From Clostridia bacterium (GTDB lineage Bacteria; Bacillota; Clostridia; Oscillospirales; Acutalibacteraceae), in assembly GCA_900768075.1 (NCBI GenBank), contig CAAGBN010000068.1, positions 10,827 to 74,826 of the forward strand: a stretch of DNA of 64,000 nt, written 5' to 3'. Shown here piece by piece: positions 54,641 to 62,963 of this stretch. Both the position numbers and the translations under genes were made by a program. How positions within the stretch are numbered: position 1 is the stretch's first letter; each line of letters starts with the position of its first letter. The notes beneath the pieces were generated by a model, which saw only the letters and a program-made list of their open reading frames with translations, did not search any database and was not told the DNA's origin.

Positions 54641-55492
54641 ATGAATAAAAACGTATTCGGTACTGACCTTACAGGTAAGACCGCAGTTGTAACAGGTGCA
54701 GGCGGTGTCCTTTGCTCTTCATTTGCAAAGACTCTTGCAGCTGCAGGCGCTAAGGTTGCTCTTCTTGATATCAACGAAGAAGCTGCTAAGGGCTTCGCTG
54801 ATGAAATCGTAGCTGAGGGCGGTGTTGCCAAGGCTTATAAGTGCAACGCTCTCGATAAGGACAGCTGTAATGCTGTAGCTGAAGCAGTTTTAGCTGACCT
54901 TGGTCCTTGCGATATTCTTCTCAACGGTGCAGGCGGTAACAATCCTAGAGCTACCACAGATAAGGAATATTACTTCAGCGGTGACATCGATGAAGACTGC
55001 AAAAACTTCTTCAATCTTGATGCTGACGGTGTTTCATTTGTTTTCAACCTCAACTTCCTTGGTACTCTTATTCCTACTCAGGCATTTGCAAAGCAGATGC
55101 TCGGCAGAGAGGGTTGTAACATTATCAACATCTCATCAATGAACGCTTTCACACCTCTTACAAAGATTCCTGCTTATTCAGGTGCAAAGGCTGCTGTTTC
55201 AAACTTCACACAGTGGCTTGCAGTTCACTTCTCAAAAGAGGGTATCAGAGTTAATGCTATTGCTCCCGGTTTCTTCTCAACCAAGCAGAATGCTGCTCTT
55301 CTCTGGAATCCCGACGGTTCACCCACACCCCGTACAGACAAGATTCTTGCTGCTACTCCTATGGGTCGTTTCGGTGAAGCTCACGAGCTTGACGGCGCAC
55401 TTCTTTTCCTCATCAACAACGATGCAGCAGGCTTTATCACAGGTGTTGTACTTCCCGTTGACGGTGGCTTCTCATCATACAGCGGTGTATAA
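54641..55492 (+). CDS. SDR family oxidoreductase (candidate short-chain D-mannonate/fructuronate reductase)
   Basis: TGAGGVL Rossmann motif and a YSGAK catalytic motif. Start at ATG 54641 behind AGGAGG; the longer track ORF overlaps uxuA. Confidence 0.8.
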   Translation: MNKNVFGTDLTGKTAVVTGAGGVLCSSFAKTLAAAGAKVALLDINEEAAKGFADEIVAEGGVAKAYKCNALDKDSCNAVAEAVLADLGPCDILLNGAGGNNPRATTDKEYYFSGDIDEDCKNFFNLDADGVSFVFNLNFLGTLIPTQAFAKQMLGREGCNIINISSMNAFTPLTKIPAYSGAKAAVSNFTQWLAVHFSKEGIRVNAIAPGFFSTKQNAALLWNPDGSPTPRTDKILAATPMGRFGEAHELDGALLFLINNDAAGFITGVVLPVDGGFSSYSGV

Positions 55493-55500
55493 AAAATAAC

Positions 55501-55555
55501 AACGCGTTTTTGATTCTTTTTCCGCGGCAGGAAAAAGAATGCCCCGCGGCGAGCG
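55501..55555 (+). repeat. Family A repeat, copy A3
   Basis: cgcgtttttgattctttttccgcg is identical over 24 nt to A1. HP1 55513-55523/55530-55540. Weak HP2 cgc-ggcga-gcg. Confidence 0.8.
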
Positions 55556-55626
55556 ATAATTAATAAACAATTCGAAATCTCGGATGAGTCAGATTAAGAG
55601 ATAAAATCTGATGCCGCAAAATTAAA

Positions 55627-55691
55627 CCCCTCTGTCACTTCGTGACATCTCCCCTTTCAGGGGTGACGAGGTTATAGTGGCACCTTAGTGC
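55627..55691 (+). repeat. Module B repeat, copy B3
   Basis: cccctctgtcacttcgtgacatctcccctttcaggggtgacgaggtt followed by the small hairpin gcac-ctta-gtgc. Aligns with 7672-7749. Confidence 0.7.
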
Positions 55692-55748
55692 TGTTGTAAC
55701 AGAGCGGGCGTACTCAATAACATAAATCTTTTCAGGAGATGAAATAAA

Positions 55749-56696
55749 ATGGATATGTTCAAGACAATTTATGAATTAGGTATCATCCCCGTTGTGGCTA
55801 TTGATGATGCTGACAAGGCAGTGCCTCTTGCAAAGGCTCTTCGTGACGGTGGTCTTCCTGCTGCTGAAATCACTTTCAGAACAGCTGCTGCTGAAGAATC
55901 AATCAGAAGAATTACAGCTGAATGCCCCGACGTACTCGTTGGTGCAGGCACAGTTCTTACAAAAGAGCAGGCTGACAGAGCTGTTGCAGCAGGTGCAAAG
56001 TTCATTGTAACTCCCGGCTTCAACCCCGAAATGATCGCTTACATCAAGTCACTTGGTATTCCTATGATGCCCGGTGCTGCTACTCCCGGTGAAATGGAGC
56101 AGGCTATGAGCATGGGTCTTACTAACATCAAGTTCTTCCCTGCTGAAGCTAACGGTGGTGTGGCAAAGCTTAAGGCTCTTGCAGGTCCCTATCAGGCTGC
56201 TAAGTGGATGCCTACAGGTGGTGTAAACACAAAGAATCTCAATGATTATCTTTCATTTGACCGCATTATTGCTTGTGGCGGTACATGGCTTGCAACAGGT
56301 GCCGATATTGCTGAAAGCAATTGGGATGGCATCACAAAGAAGTGTAAGGATGCTATAAAGACAATGCTTGGCTTCGAGCTTAAGAAAATCTGCATTTACG
56401 GTGACAGTGCTAACGCTGAGAAGAATGCTAAGTTTGTAGCGACTCTCTTCGGCTTTGACTGCACCGAAACTGAGTGCGGTGTACAGGCAGGCTGTGTGTG
56501 CTTCGGTAAAGAAGAAAGCGACGCTAAGGGCTGTATCGTAATCAATACTAATAACGGTAACAGAGCTATGGCTTATCTTCAGAGAATGGGTGCTGAAATC
56601 GACCCCGATATCTGGTACGATAAAAAAGGCAATGTAACCTGCTTCGGTCTTAAGGATTTGGTAGCAGGCTTCGAAATCTGCATTGAAACAAAGTAA
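55749..56696 (+). CDS. eda: KDPG/KHG aldolase with a ~100-aa C-terminal extension
   Basis: The first ~205 aa match Eda (GIIPVV...EITFRT...GAGTVL...KFFPA). The tail 56376-56696 is additional. Confidence 0.85.
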   Translation: MDMFKTIYELGIIPVVAIDDADKAVPLAKALRDGGLPAAEITFRTAAAEESIRRITAECPDVLVGAGTVLTKEQADRAVAAGAKFIVTPGFNPEMIAYIKSLGIPMMPGAATPGEMEQAMSMGLTNIKFFPAEANGGVAKLKALAGPYQAAKWMPTGGVNTKNLNDYLSFDRIIACGGTWLATGADIAESNWDGITKKCKDAIKTMLGFELKKICIYGDSANAEKNAKFVATLFGFDCTETECGVQAGCVCFGKEESDAKGCIVINTNNGNRAMAYLQRMGAEIDPDIWYDKKGNVTCFGLKDLVAGFEICIETK

Positions 56697-56720
56697 TTTA
56701 TTTTTGAGAGGTATATAATT

Positions 56721-57746
56721 ATGGCTAAAAGAATTGTAACATTCGGTGAAATTATGCTTCGTCTTGCTCCCGAAGGCTATCTTCGTTTCTTCCAGAACGA
56801 TACAATGCAGGCTACTTTCGGTGGCGGTGAAGCTAACGTTGCTGTATCACTTGCAAACTACGGTATGGATGCTTCATTTGTAACAAAGCTTCCTGCACAC
56901 GCTATCGGTCAGGGTGCTGTTAACTCACTTCGCGGTCTCGGTGTTGACACAAAAGACATCGTTCGTGGCGGTGACAGAGTAGGTATCTACTTCCTTGAAA
57001 AGGGTGCATCACAGAGAGGCTCAGTTTGTATCTATGACAGAGCTCACTCAGCTATTCAGGAAGCTAAGAGAGAAAATTTTGACTGGGATAAGATCTTTGA
57101 CGGTGCTGATTGGTTCCATTTCACAGGTATCACTCCCGCTCTTGGCGAAAATCTTGTAGAAATCTGCATAGATGCTTGTAAGGCTGCTAAGGCTAAAGGC
57201 GTGAAGATTTCTTGTGACCTTAACTACAGAGGTAAGCTCTGGACAAGAGCTCAGGCAAGAGAAGCTATGACAAAGCTCTGTGAATATGTTGACGTTTGCA
57301 TTTCAAACGAAGAAGATGCTAAGGACGTATTCGGTATCGAAGCTGAAAATACCGACATCTATGGCGGTAAGCTCGATAAGGAAGGCTATAAGAGTGTTGC
57401 TAAGCAGCTTATGGATACTTTCAAGTTTGAAAAGGTTGCTATCACACTTCGTTCATCAATCTCAGCTAACGACAACGATTGGGCAGGTATGCTCTACGAC
57501 GGTGAAAACTACTGCTTCTCAAAAGAGTATCATCTTCATATTGTTGACCGTGTAGGCGGTGGCGACAGCTTCGGTGGCGGTCTCATCTACTCACTTCTCA
57601 GCGGTAAGGACTCACAGAGTGCTATCGAATTTGCAGTTGCAGCTTCAGCTCTCAAGCACTCAATCGAGGGTGACTACAACCGTGTAACTGTTGCAGAGGT
57701 TGAAAAGCTTGCAGGCGGCGACGCAAGCGGTAGAGTTCAGAGATAA
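56721..57746 (+). CDS. kdgK: 2-dehydro-3-deoxygluconokinase (PfkB family)
   Basis: IVTFGEIMLRL, GGGEANVAV and DRVGGGDSF motifs. Confidence 0.9.
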   Translation: MAKRIVTFGEIMLRLAPEGYLRFFQNDTMQATFGGGEANVAVSLANYGMDASFVTKLPAHAIGQGAVNSLRGLGVDTKDIVRGGDRVGIYFLEKGASQRGSVCIYDRAHSAIQEAKRENFDWDKIFDGADWFHFTGITPALGENLVEICIDACKAAKAKGVKISCDLNYRGKLWTRAQAREAMTKLCEYVDVCISNEEDAKDVFGIEAENTDIYGGKLDKEGYKSVAKQLMDTFKFEKVAITLRSSISANDNDWAGMLYDGENYCFSKEYHLHIVDRVGGGDSFGGGLIYSLLSGKDSQSAIEFAVAASALKHSIEGDYNRVTVAEVEKLAGGDASGRVQR

Positions 57747-57750
57747 TCAT

Positions 57751-57810
57751 TAGCGCATTTTTGGTTGCTTTTTGTGCGCTAACAAAAAGTAATGCCCGCC
57801 CGGCGAGGGC
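57751..57810 (+). repeat. Family A repeat, copy A4
   Basis: HP1 ttgctttttgt 57766-57776 / acaaaaagtaa 57783-57793. Loop gcgcta is complementary to tagcgc 57751-57756. HP2 gccc-ggcga-gggc 57798-57810. Confidence 0.75.
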
Positions 57811-57891
57811 TGTACAAAAAGGAATAAAGCAGGCAGGTGGTTTGAGCTTGCCTGCTGACATAAAAAAGAAAACAAAAGGAGAACAAACCAA

Positions 57892-59325
57892 ATGAGTAAG
57901 ACAAACACAATCAGACCCTTTGGCTGGCAGGATAAACTCGGCTATGCTATGGGCGATATGGGCTGCGGCTTTTCATTCCAGCTCGTATCAACATTTATGC
58001 AGCTCTTCTATCTTCAGTACATCGGTATCAAGGCAGAAGACTACGCTGTAATCATCCTTATTTCAAAAGCTTTCGACGCTGTTAACGACGTAATAATCGG
58101 TAACCTTGTTGATACAAAGAAGCTCGGCAAAAACCCCAAGAGTAAGTATATGCCCTGGATTATCGCAGGCGGACTTATCCTCGTTATCTTCAACGTAATG
58201 ATTTTTGCTCCCGTAACAGCTCTTCCCTATGCAGGCAAATACGCTTGGTGTCTTGTAGCTTATTGCTTATGGTCAATCGCTTACACAATGGTAAACGTAC
58301 CCTACGGCTCACTTCACAGTGTTATCACAGACAAGCCTAACGAGAGAACTTCACTTTCAACCTTCCGTAGTGTTGGTGCAGCTCTTCCTGCTATCGTTAT
58401 TATGATCGTTCTTCCCGGTATCGTTTACAATAAGGTTGAAAACCCTGTAACAGGTATCACAGAAGAAATTCTCAAGGGTGAGACTCTTCTTCCCGTTGCT
58501 CTTGTAATGTCAGTTGTTGCTTTTGCTACTCTCTTCGGCACAACAAAGCTTGTTAAAGAGAGAGTTCAGCGTGCAGATTCAGGCGGAAATGTAACAGGTA
58601 CAAAGGCATTCTTCTCAGCTTTCCACTCATTCTTCACAAACAGAGCTATGGTTGGTGCAACAATTGCTACAGTAGCTTCAGTTGCTCTTTTCAACTCAAC
58701 AATGGCTCTTAACAATATGGTATTCCAGTACTTCTTCAAGGATACAAGCAAGGTTGGTATTGCTATGATCGGCTCGTACGCTCCCATGATTGTATTTATG
58801 GCTATCCTTGGTAAGATTACTGCTAAATACGGCAAGAAAACAGTTATCGTAAGCTGTATGGCTATCGGTGCTATTGCAGGTCTCATCGCTCTCGTACTTG
58901 CTTATAACGGCTTTGTAACAGGTATGATTGTTTACATCGTCTGTCTTATGGGTCTTAATATCGGTAACGCTGTATTCCAGATTTCAGTATGGGCTATCGT
59001 TGCTGACTGCATCGAAGTAAGCTACCGCAAGACAGGTAAGAGTGAAGAAGGCTCACTTTATGCTCTTTACTCATTCTTCCGTAAGCTCGCTCAGGGTGTC
59101 GGCCAGGCTGTAGTATCATGGGGTCTTGTAGCTATCGGTTTCGTTGAGGGTGAAAATGCTGTTCAGGCTGACAACTTCGGTGATAAGGTTCTTATGCTTT
59201 ATCTCGCAGTTCTTGCTGCAGGCTCACTTATCGCATTCCTTTCAATGAAGTTTATCTATAACATCTCAAAGGAAGACGAAAAGGCTTTTGCTGTAAAGGC
59301 TGACGATACAGCTGCTGAAGCGTAA
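57892..59325 (+). CDS. GPH-family (glycoside-pentoside-hexuronide) cation symporter
   Basis: 12-TM MFS-like protein. The N-terminal KLGYAMGDMG and DAVNDVIIG motifs are typical of MelB/UidB-type carriers. Confidence 0.8.
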   Translation: MSKTNTIRPFGWQDKLGYAMGDMGCGFSFQLVSTFMQLFYLQYIGIKAEDYAVIILISKAFDAVNDVIIGNLVDTKKLGKNPKSKYMPWIIAGGLILVIFNVMIFAPVTALPYAGKYAWCLVAYCLWSIAYTMVNVPYGSLHSVITDKPNERTSLSTFRSVGAALPAIVIMIVLPGIVYNKVENPVTGITEEILKGETLLPVALVMSVVAFATLFGTTKLVKERVQRADSGGNVTGTKAFFSAFHSFFTNRAMVGATIATVASVALFNSTMALNNMVFQYFFKDTSKVGIAMIGSYAPMIVFMAILGKITAKYGKKTVIVSCMAIGAIAGLIALVLAYNGFVTGMIVYIVCLMGLNIGNAVFQISVWAIVADCIEVSYRKTGKSEEGSLYALYSFFRKLAQGVGQAVVSWGLVAIGFVEGENAVQADNFGDKVLMLYLAVLAAGSLIAFLSMKFIYNISKEDEKAFAVKADDTAAEA

Positions 59326-59345
59326 GCTTAAAATTTAATCGCATT

Positions 59346-59383
59346 CTGTCGGGTATCTTTTCGGGTGCCCGATAGTTTTTTTA
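59346..59383 (+). terminator. Intrinsic terminator of the hexuronate operon
   Basis: ctgtcgggta / tgcccgatag (one mismatch, one G-U pair) followed by tttttttat. Confidence 0.6.
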
Positions 59384-59526
59384 TTAAGATTACAGATCCT
59401 TGAAGCCGAAAAGCATTTTTAAATCATAAATAGAAAACAAATTGTAAAATAAAGAAAAAAGAGTTCACTTTTTGTCGTTATTGGGGTATAATTACAAGAA
59501 AGAATAAGCTTTAAGGATGTTACATT

Positions 59527-60111
59527 ATGAAAAATTTTATTAGAAAAAACATAGCTAATTTTTTCTCGATAGTCAGAATAGTCGGTGCTGTTTATTTGCT
59601 TATATGGGGCACAGAGTTCTCTGTTAAGTTTTTAATTCTCTATGCTATCTTCTGCTCAACAGACGCTATTGACGGTTACCTTGCGAGAAAACTTAATATA
59701 TCAAGTGTTCTCGGTGTTACTCTTGATACAATAGGTGACGCTCTGATTGGCTTTACACCTGTTAAGGTGCTTGTAGTTCAGAAACTTATTCCCAATTGGT
59801 TTATTGCTTTTCTGTGTGTTACAGTTGTTCTTTTTGCAGCTTCTGCTGTAATTGCACAGCTTAAGTTTAAAAAGTTTTCTTTTCCCCACACTTATTTCAG
59901 TAAGCTTAACGGTGTGTGCGTAGCCTCATCGCCGTTTCTTTTCAGCTTTATACCTAAAGAAGTTGTGTTTATCATTGTCGGCACAGTATTTTTCTTTGCA
60001 GGTGTTGAAACTCTTATAATTGTTATTAAGCTTAAAAAGATGGTGCCTTTTGTACCTTCTGTTTTCCATACAGAAAAGGCTGTCAAGGATGCGGAAAAAG
60101 CAATGTTATAA
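59527..60111 (+). CDS. CDP-alcohol phosphatidyltransferase family protein
   Basis: D-x2-DG-x2-AR...G-x3-D-x3-D motif (DAIDGYLARK...GVTLDTIGDAL). Multiple TM helices. Confidence 0.8.
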   Translation: MKNFIRKNIANFFSIVRIVGAVYLLIWGTEFSVKFLILYAIFCSTDAIDGYLARKLNISSVLGVTLDTIGDALIGFTPVKVLVVQKLIPNWFIAFLCVTVVLFAASAVIAQLKFKKFSFPHTYFSKLNGVCVASSPFLFSFIPKEVVFIIVGTVFFFAGVETLIIVIKLKKMVPFVPSVFHTEKAVKDAEKAML

Positions 60112-60201
60112 TTATCCCGACCCCTGTTTTATCGGGGGTTTTGATTTGTTTTAAGATGCTACAAAGTTCAAAAAAACTTAATAAAAAAATACGGATTTTC
60201 A

Positions 60202-60230
60202 TTGACAAAGTGAAAGTCTTATGTTATACT
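60202..60230 (+). promoter_or_regulatory. Consensus sigma-A promoter of rplU-prp-rpmA
   Basis: TTGACA (60202-60207), 17-nt spacer, TATACT (60225-60230). Confidence 0.65.
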
Positions 60231-60235
60231 CATTC

Positions 60236-60331
60236 ATACCGCATGTAAAAGGCGGCGTGATTTGTCATGCCAAAAAGATAAATATTATCTGCCTCAAATC
60301 AGCGAGTCCATAATAAAGGAAGGAAAGAAAA
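60236..60331 (+). promoter_or_regulatory. ~100-nt 5' leader of rplU (possible L21-leader-type autoregulatory RNA)
   Basis: A long untranslated leader with small hairpins (ccgc..gcgg; agataa..ttatct) lies upstream of rplU. Firmicute rplU operons commonly carry an L21 leader; this one was not verified by alignment. Confidence 0.3.
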
Positions 60332-60643
60332 ATGTACGCAATTATCGAAACAGGCGGCAAGCAGTATAAGGTAGAAGCAGGCGATACACTCTTCATCGAA
60401 AAGCTTGACGTAGAAGCAGACTCCGAAATTACCTTTGACAAGGTTATCGCAGTAGCAACAGACGACGGCATCAAGGTTGGTGCTCCCTATGTTGATGGTG
60501 CAACAGTAACAGCAAAGGCAATCAAGAACGGTAAGGGTAAGAAAATCACAGTATTTACTTACAAGCCCAAGAAGAATGCTAAGCGTAAGATGGGTCACAG
60601 ACAGCCTTACACTAAGGTTGAAATCGCAGCTATCAACGCTTAA
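60332..60643 (+). CDS. rplU: 50S ribosomal protein L21
   Basis: [14 protein letters not shown]... canonical N-terminus. Confidence 0.95.
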   Translation: MYAIIETGGKQYKVEAGDTLFIEKLDVEADSEITFDKVIAVATDDGIKVGAPYVDGATVTAKAIKNGKGKKITVFTYKPKKNAKRKMGHRQPYTKVEIAAINA

Positions 60644-60646
60644 GTT

Positions 60647-60961
60647 ATGACGAAGGTAGTTTTTTACGAAAAGGATGAGAAGCTTACAGGTTTTCTCATA
60701 AAAGACCACAGCGGATACGACGATGAGGGTTACGATATTGTTTGTGCAAGCGTATCTTCAGCAGCGTATCTCACAGCTAACACGTTGACAGAAATCGTCG
60801 GTGCTAGGGCTGATATAAAGGTCGAGGAAGCACATTTCAGATTTATCCTCAAGGATAAGCTCGAAGAAGCTCAGGCTCATCTCAAAGGTTTAAGACTTCA
60901 CCTGGAATCACTCGCAGGGGACTATGACGAATATATAACCTGCAAAACAGAAACTGTTTAA
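60647..60961 (+). CDS. prp: Ribosomal-processing cysteine protease Prp
   Basis: GH...D.VCA.VS pattern (DHSGYDDEGYDIVCASVSS). Lies between rplU and rpmA. Confidence 0.85.
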   Translation: MTKVVFYEKDEKLTGFLIKDHSGYDDEGYDIVCASVSSAAYLTANTLTEIVGARADIKVEEAHFRFILKDKLEEAQAHLKGLRLHLESLAGDYDEYITCKTETV

Positions 60962-60983
60962 GAATAATACGGAGGTGTAACAA

Positions 60984-61268
60984 ATGCTTAAGATAAATAT
61001 CCAGTTATTTGCTCACAAAAAAGGTATGGGTTCAACCCGTAACGGTCGTGACTCTGAATCAAAGAGACTTGGTGTTAAGCGCGCAGACGGTCAGTTCGTT
61101 CTCGCTGGTAACATCCTTGTAAAGCAGCGTGGTACTCACATCCATCCCGGTAACAACGTTGGCAGAGGTTCAGACGACTCACTTTTCGCTCTCATCGACG
61201 GTAAAGTTAAGTTTGAGCGTATGGGCAAGGATCGCAAAAAGGTTAGCGTTTACGCAATCGAACAGTAA
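60984..61268 (+). CDS. rpmA: 50S ribosomal protein L27 (with Prp-cleaved N-terminal extension)
   Basis: MLKINIQLF|[15 protein letters not shown]. The extension ends in LF before AHKKG, as in Prp-dependent Firmicutes. Confidence 0.95.
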   Translation: MLKINIQLFAHKKGMGSTRNGRDSESKRLGVKRADGQFVLAGNILVKQRGTHIHPGNNVGRGSDDSLFALIDGKVKFERMGKDRKKVSVYAIEQ

Positions 61269-61280
61269 TAGTACATTTAA

Positions 61281-61311
61281 AGCTACTGCATCAAATGCGG
61301 TGGCTTTTTTC
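61281..61311 (+). terminator. Intrinsic terminator of the rplU operon
   Basis: agctactgca / tgcggtggct (two G-U pairs), loop tcaaa, then tttttt. Confidence 0.7.
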
Positions 61312-61420
61312 ATTGTCACAACGTGACAGTGAAAAAAATGCAGAATGCAGAATTGCGGGCAAAAGAAATGAAAAAGAAAGTAATGTCCCGCAGTGAGCGC
61401 AGAATAAATCAGGTCTGATA

Positions 61421-61542
61421 AAGAGGTGAGAGGCGGCTCCATAGCCGAAGCCGTCGGCTTCGGCTCAAAGCAGAGCAAGGCTCTGCTTTGTAAATCGCAA
61501 AGCGATTTAATGGAGCCGTCGCACCCACCTACAGCACAAACC
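61421..61542 (-). repeat. Family C four-way-junction repeat, copy C3 (inverted)
   Basis: Closing helix 61432-61442/61510-61520. Hairpins at 61443-61465, 61466-61490 and 61492-61508. The reverse complement aligns with C1, including the flank ggtttgtgctgtaggtggg. Confidence 0.8.
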
Positions 61543-61573
61543 AAATAAAAAAGGACGGCTCGCACCGTCCTTT
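61541..61573 (-). terminator. Intrinsic terminator of the ROK-like kinase gene
   Basis: aaaggacgg / ccgtccttt, loop ctcgca, with a T-run on the minus strand. Confidence 0.75.
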
Positions 61574-61586
61574 AAATTTTATCCTA

Positions 61587-62963
61587 TTATTTAATCTTAG
61601 GAAGACTTGCAGCAGCAACTGACTGACCTACACGTCTTGACTTTTCATCGGGGATGTGAAGCTGAATCTTCTTTGCAAGCTCGGGGAATTCTACATCAAG
61701 AACCTCCTGAGCTCTTTCAAGGAGGATAACACCGCCTTCGCCTGAGGTTACACGGCCCATAATAAGCACGTGCTTGATGTCATAGAATTCAGCATAGTAA
61801 GCAATAGCATAACCGAAGTAAGCACCGATTGTGTCGTAAATATCAGCGGCTCTTTGATCACCCTCAGCCATAAGAGACTGCACAACCTTAAGCTTTTCGG
61901 CAGGGGAGAGGCTTTCGTCAAGCTCGATGCCTGCCCAGGGAGCAACCTTGATAACGCCATCCTGTGAGAAGTACTTAACACCACAGCCGTAGTCGCCTGA
62001 CCACTCGTCAACCATAGCTTCCTCGCAGAAGTCAACGGGAACGAATGCAAGCTCGTTGAGCCAGCCTGTGATATTGCCGTCGGGATCAACATAACCGCCG
62101 GCCTCACTTGTACCCATAGCAACACCGAGTACGCTGTCGTCGTTTAAGTCCATAGCACCTGCAAGAGCAGTTACATCACCGTCATTTGCAACCTCGATAG
62201 GAATATCAGCACCGATTTCCTTTGCAACATCGAGATACATATTCTTAACCTTCTTGTCGAAGTCTTCTTCGTTAACTTTAAGGAAAAGTGATGCTGCCAT
62301 AATACGGTTGTCGATATATACACCTGCTGATGATACACCGATGGCATCAACGCGAGGCATCTTTGAAGCTGCTGTTTTCATTGCATCTAAAATGCCCTGA
62401 TAGTGATAGTCGGGGTCTGACTGAAGCTTGGGGAACCATACAACCTCTTCTGAGTATACGCTTTCACCGTCGATAACAGCACTAACCTTACGGTCACTTC
62501 CGCCTGCATCGAAACCGATACGGCAGCCGTCAAGATGTCTGCCGATAGGTGCAGCTGATGACTTATCCTCGGGAGCGTCCTCAAGAGTACGGATTTCAAC
62601 TACGAACTTTTCTTCGTATACCTTTTCCATAAAATTAACATCAAAATCACGAAGACCGCCGTAGGTGAAAGCTTCTTTAATTTTAGCACCTACAACCTCA
62701 CTGCCTGCAATGATAACCTTATAACCGCCTGCAACCCAGAGAAGTGACTTTGCAATACGCTCAACAAACTTGAAGTTTTCTTCGTCATGACCTGTACCGT
62801 CAGCAAAAATGCGTGTCTTGTATGTAGTTGTGTAGCCCTTATTTCTTTCAACGGCAATTACGATATCCTGACCGTTTTCTTTTGTTGCCTCACGCATTTC
62901 ACGGCAAACGATTGATAAAGGCTGAAATTTAGGGTCGAGTTTTGCATTAACTTTAAGCTTCAT
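61587..62963 (-). CDS. ROK/ASKHA-type sugar kinase-like protein with N-terminal extension
   Basis: IGFDAGGSDRK phosphate-1-like motif and GVSSAGV. About 130 aa precede the kinase fold. Overlaps nagA by 11 nt. Confidence 0.5.
   Translation of the reverse strand: MKLKVNAKLDPKFQPLSIVCREMREATKENGQDIVIAVERNKGYTTTYKTRIFADGTGHDEENFKFVERIAKSLLWVAGGYKVIIAGSEVVGAKIKEAFTYGGLRDFDVNFMEKVYEEKFVVEIRTLEDAPEDKSSAAPIGRHLDGCRIGFDAGGSDRKVSAVIDGESVYSEEVVWFPKLQSDPDYHYQGILDAMKTAASKMPRVDAIGVSSAGVYIDNRIMAASLFLKVNEEDFDKKVKNMYLDVAKEIGADIPIEVANDGDVTALAGAMDLNDDSVLGVAMGTSEAGGYVDPDGNITGWLNELAFVPVDFCEEAMVDEWSGDYGCGVKYFSQDGVIKVAPWAGIELDESLSPAEKLKVVQSLMAEGDQRAADIYDTIGAYFGYAIAYYAEFYDIKHVLIMGRVTSGEGGVILLERAQEVLDVEFPELAKKIQLHIPDEKSRRVGQSVAAASLPKIK

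Noticed and set aside
7598-61542. Whether the dispersed repeats (families A, B and C) could be a CRISPR array or its remnants
   Set aside because: The copies are tens of kb apart, are not separated by uniform spacers, differ in sequence, and no cas genes are present.
61179-61565. 128-aa minus-strand ORF across the rpmA 3' end and the repeat patchwork
   Set aside because: It is antisense to rpmA and to a terminator, crosses family C copy 3, and has no RBS.
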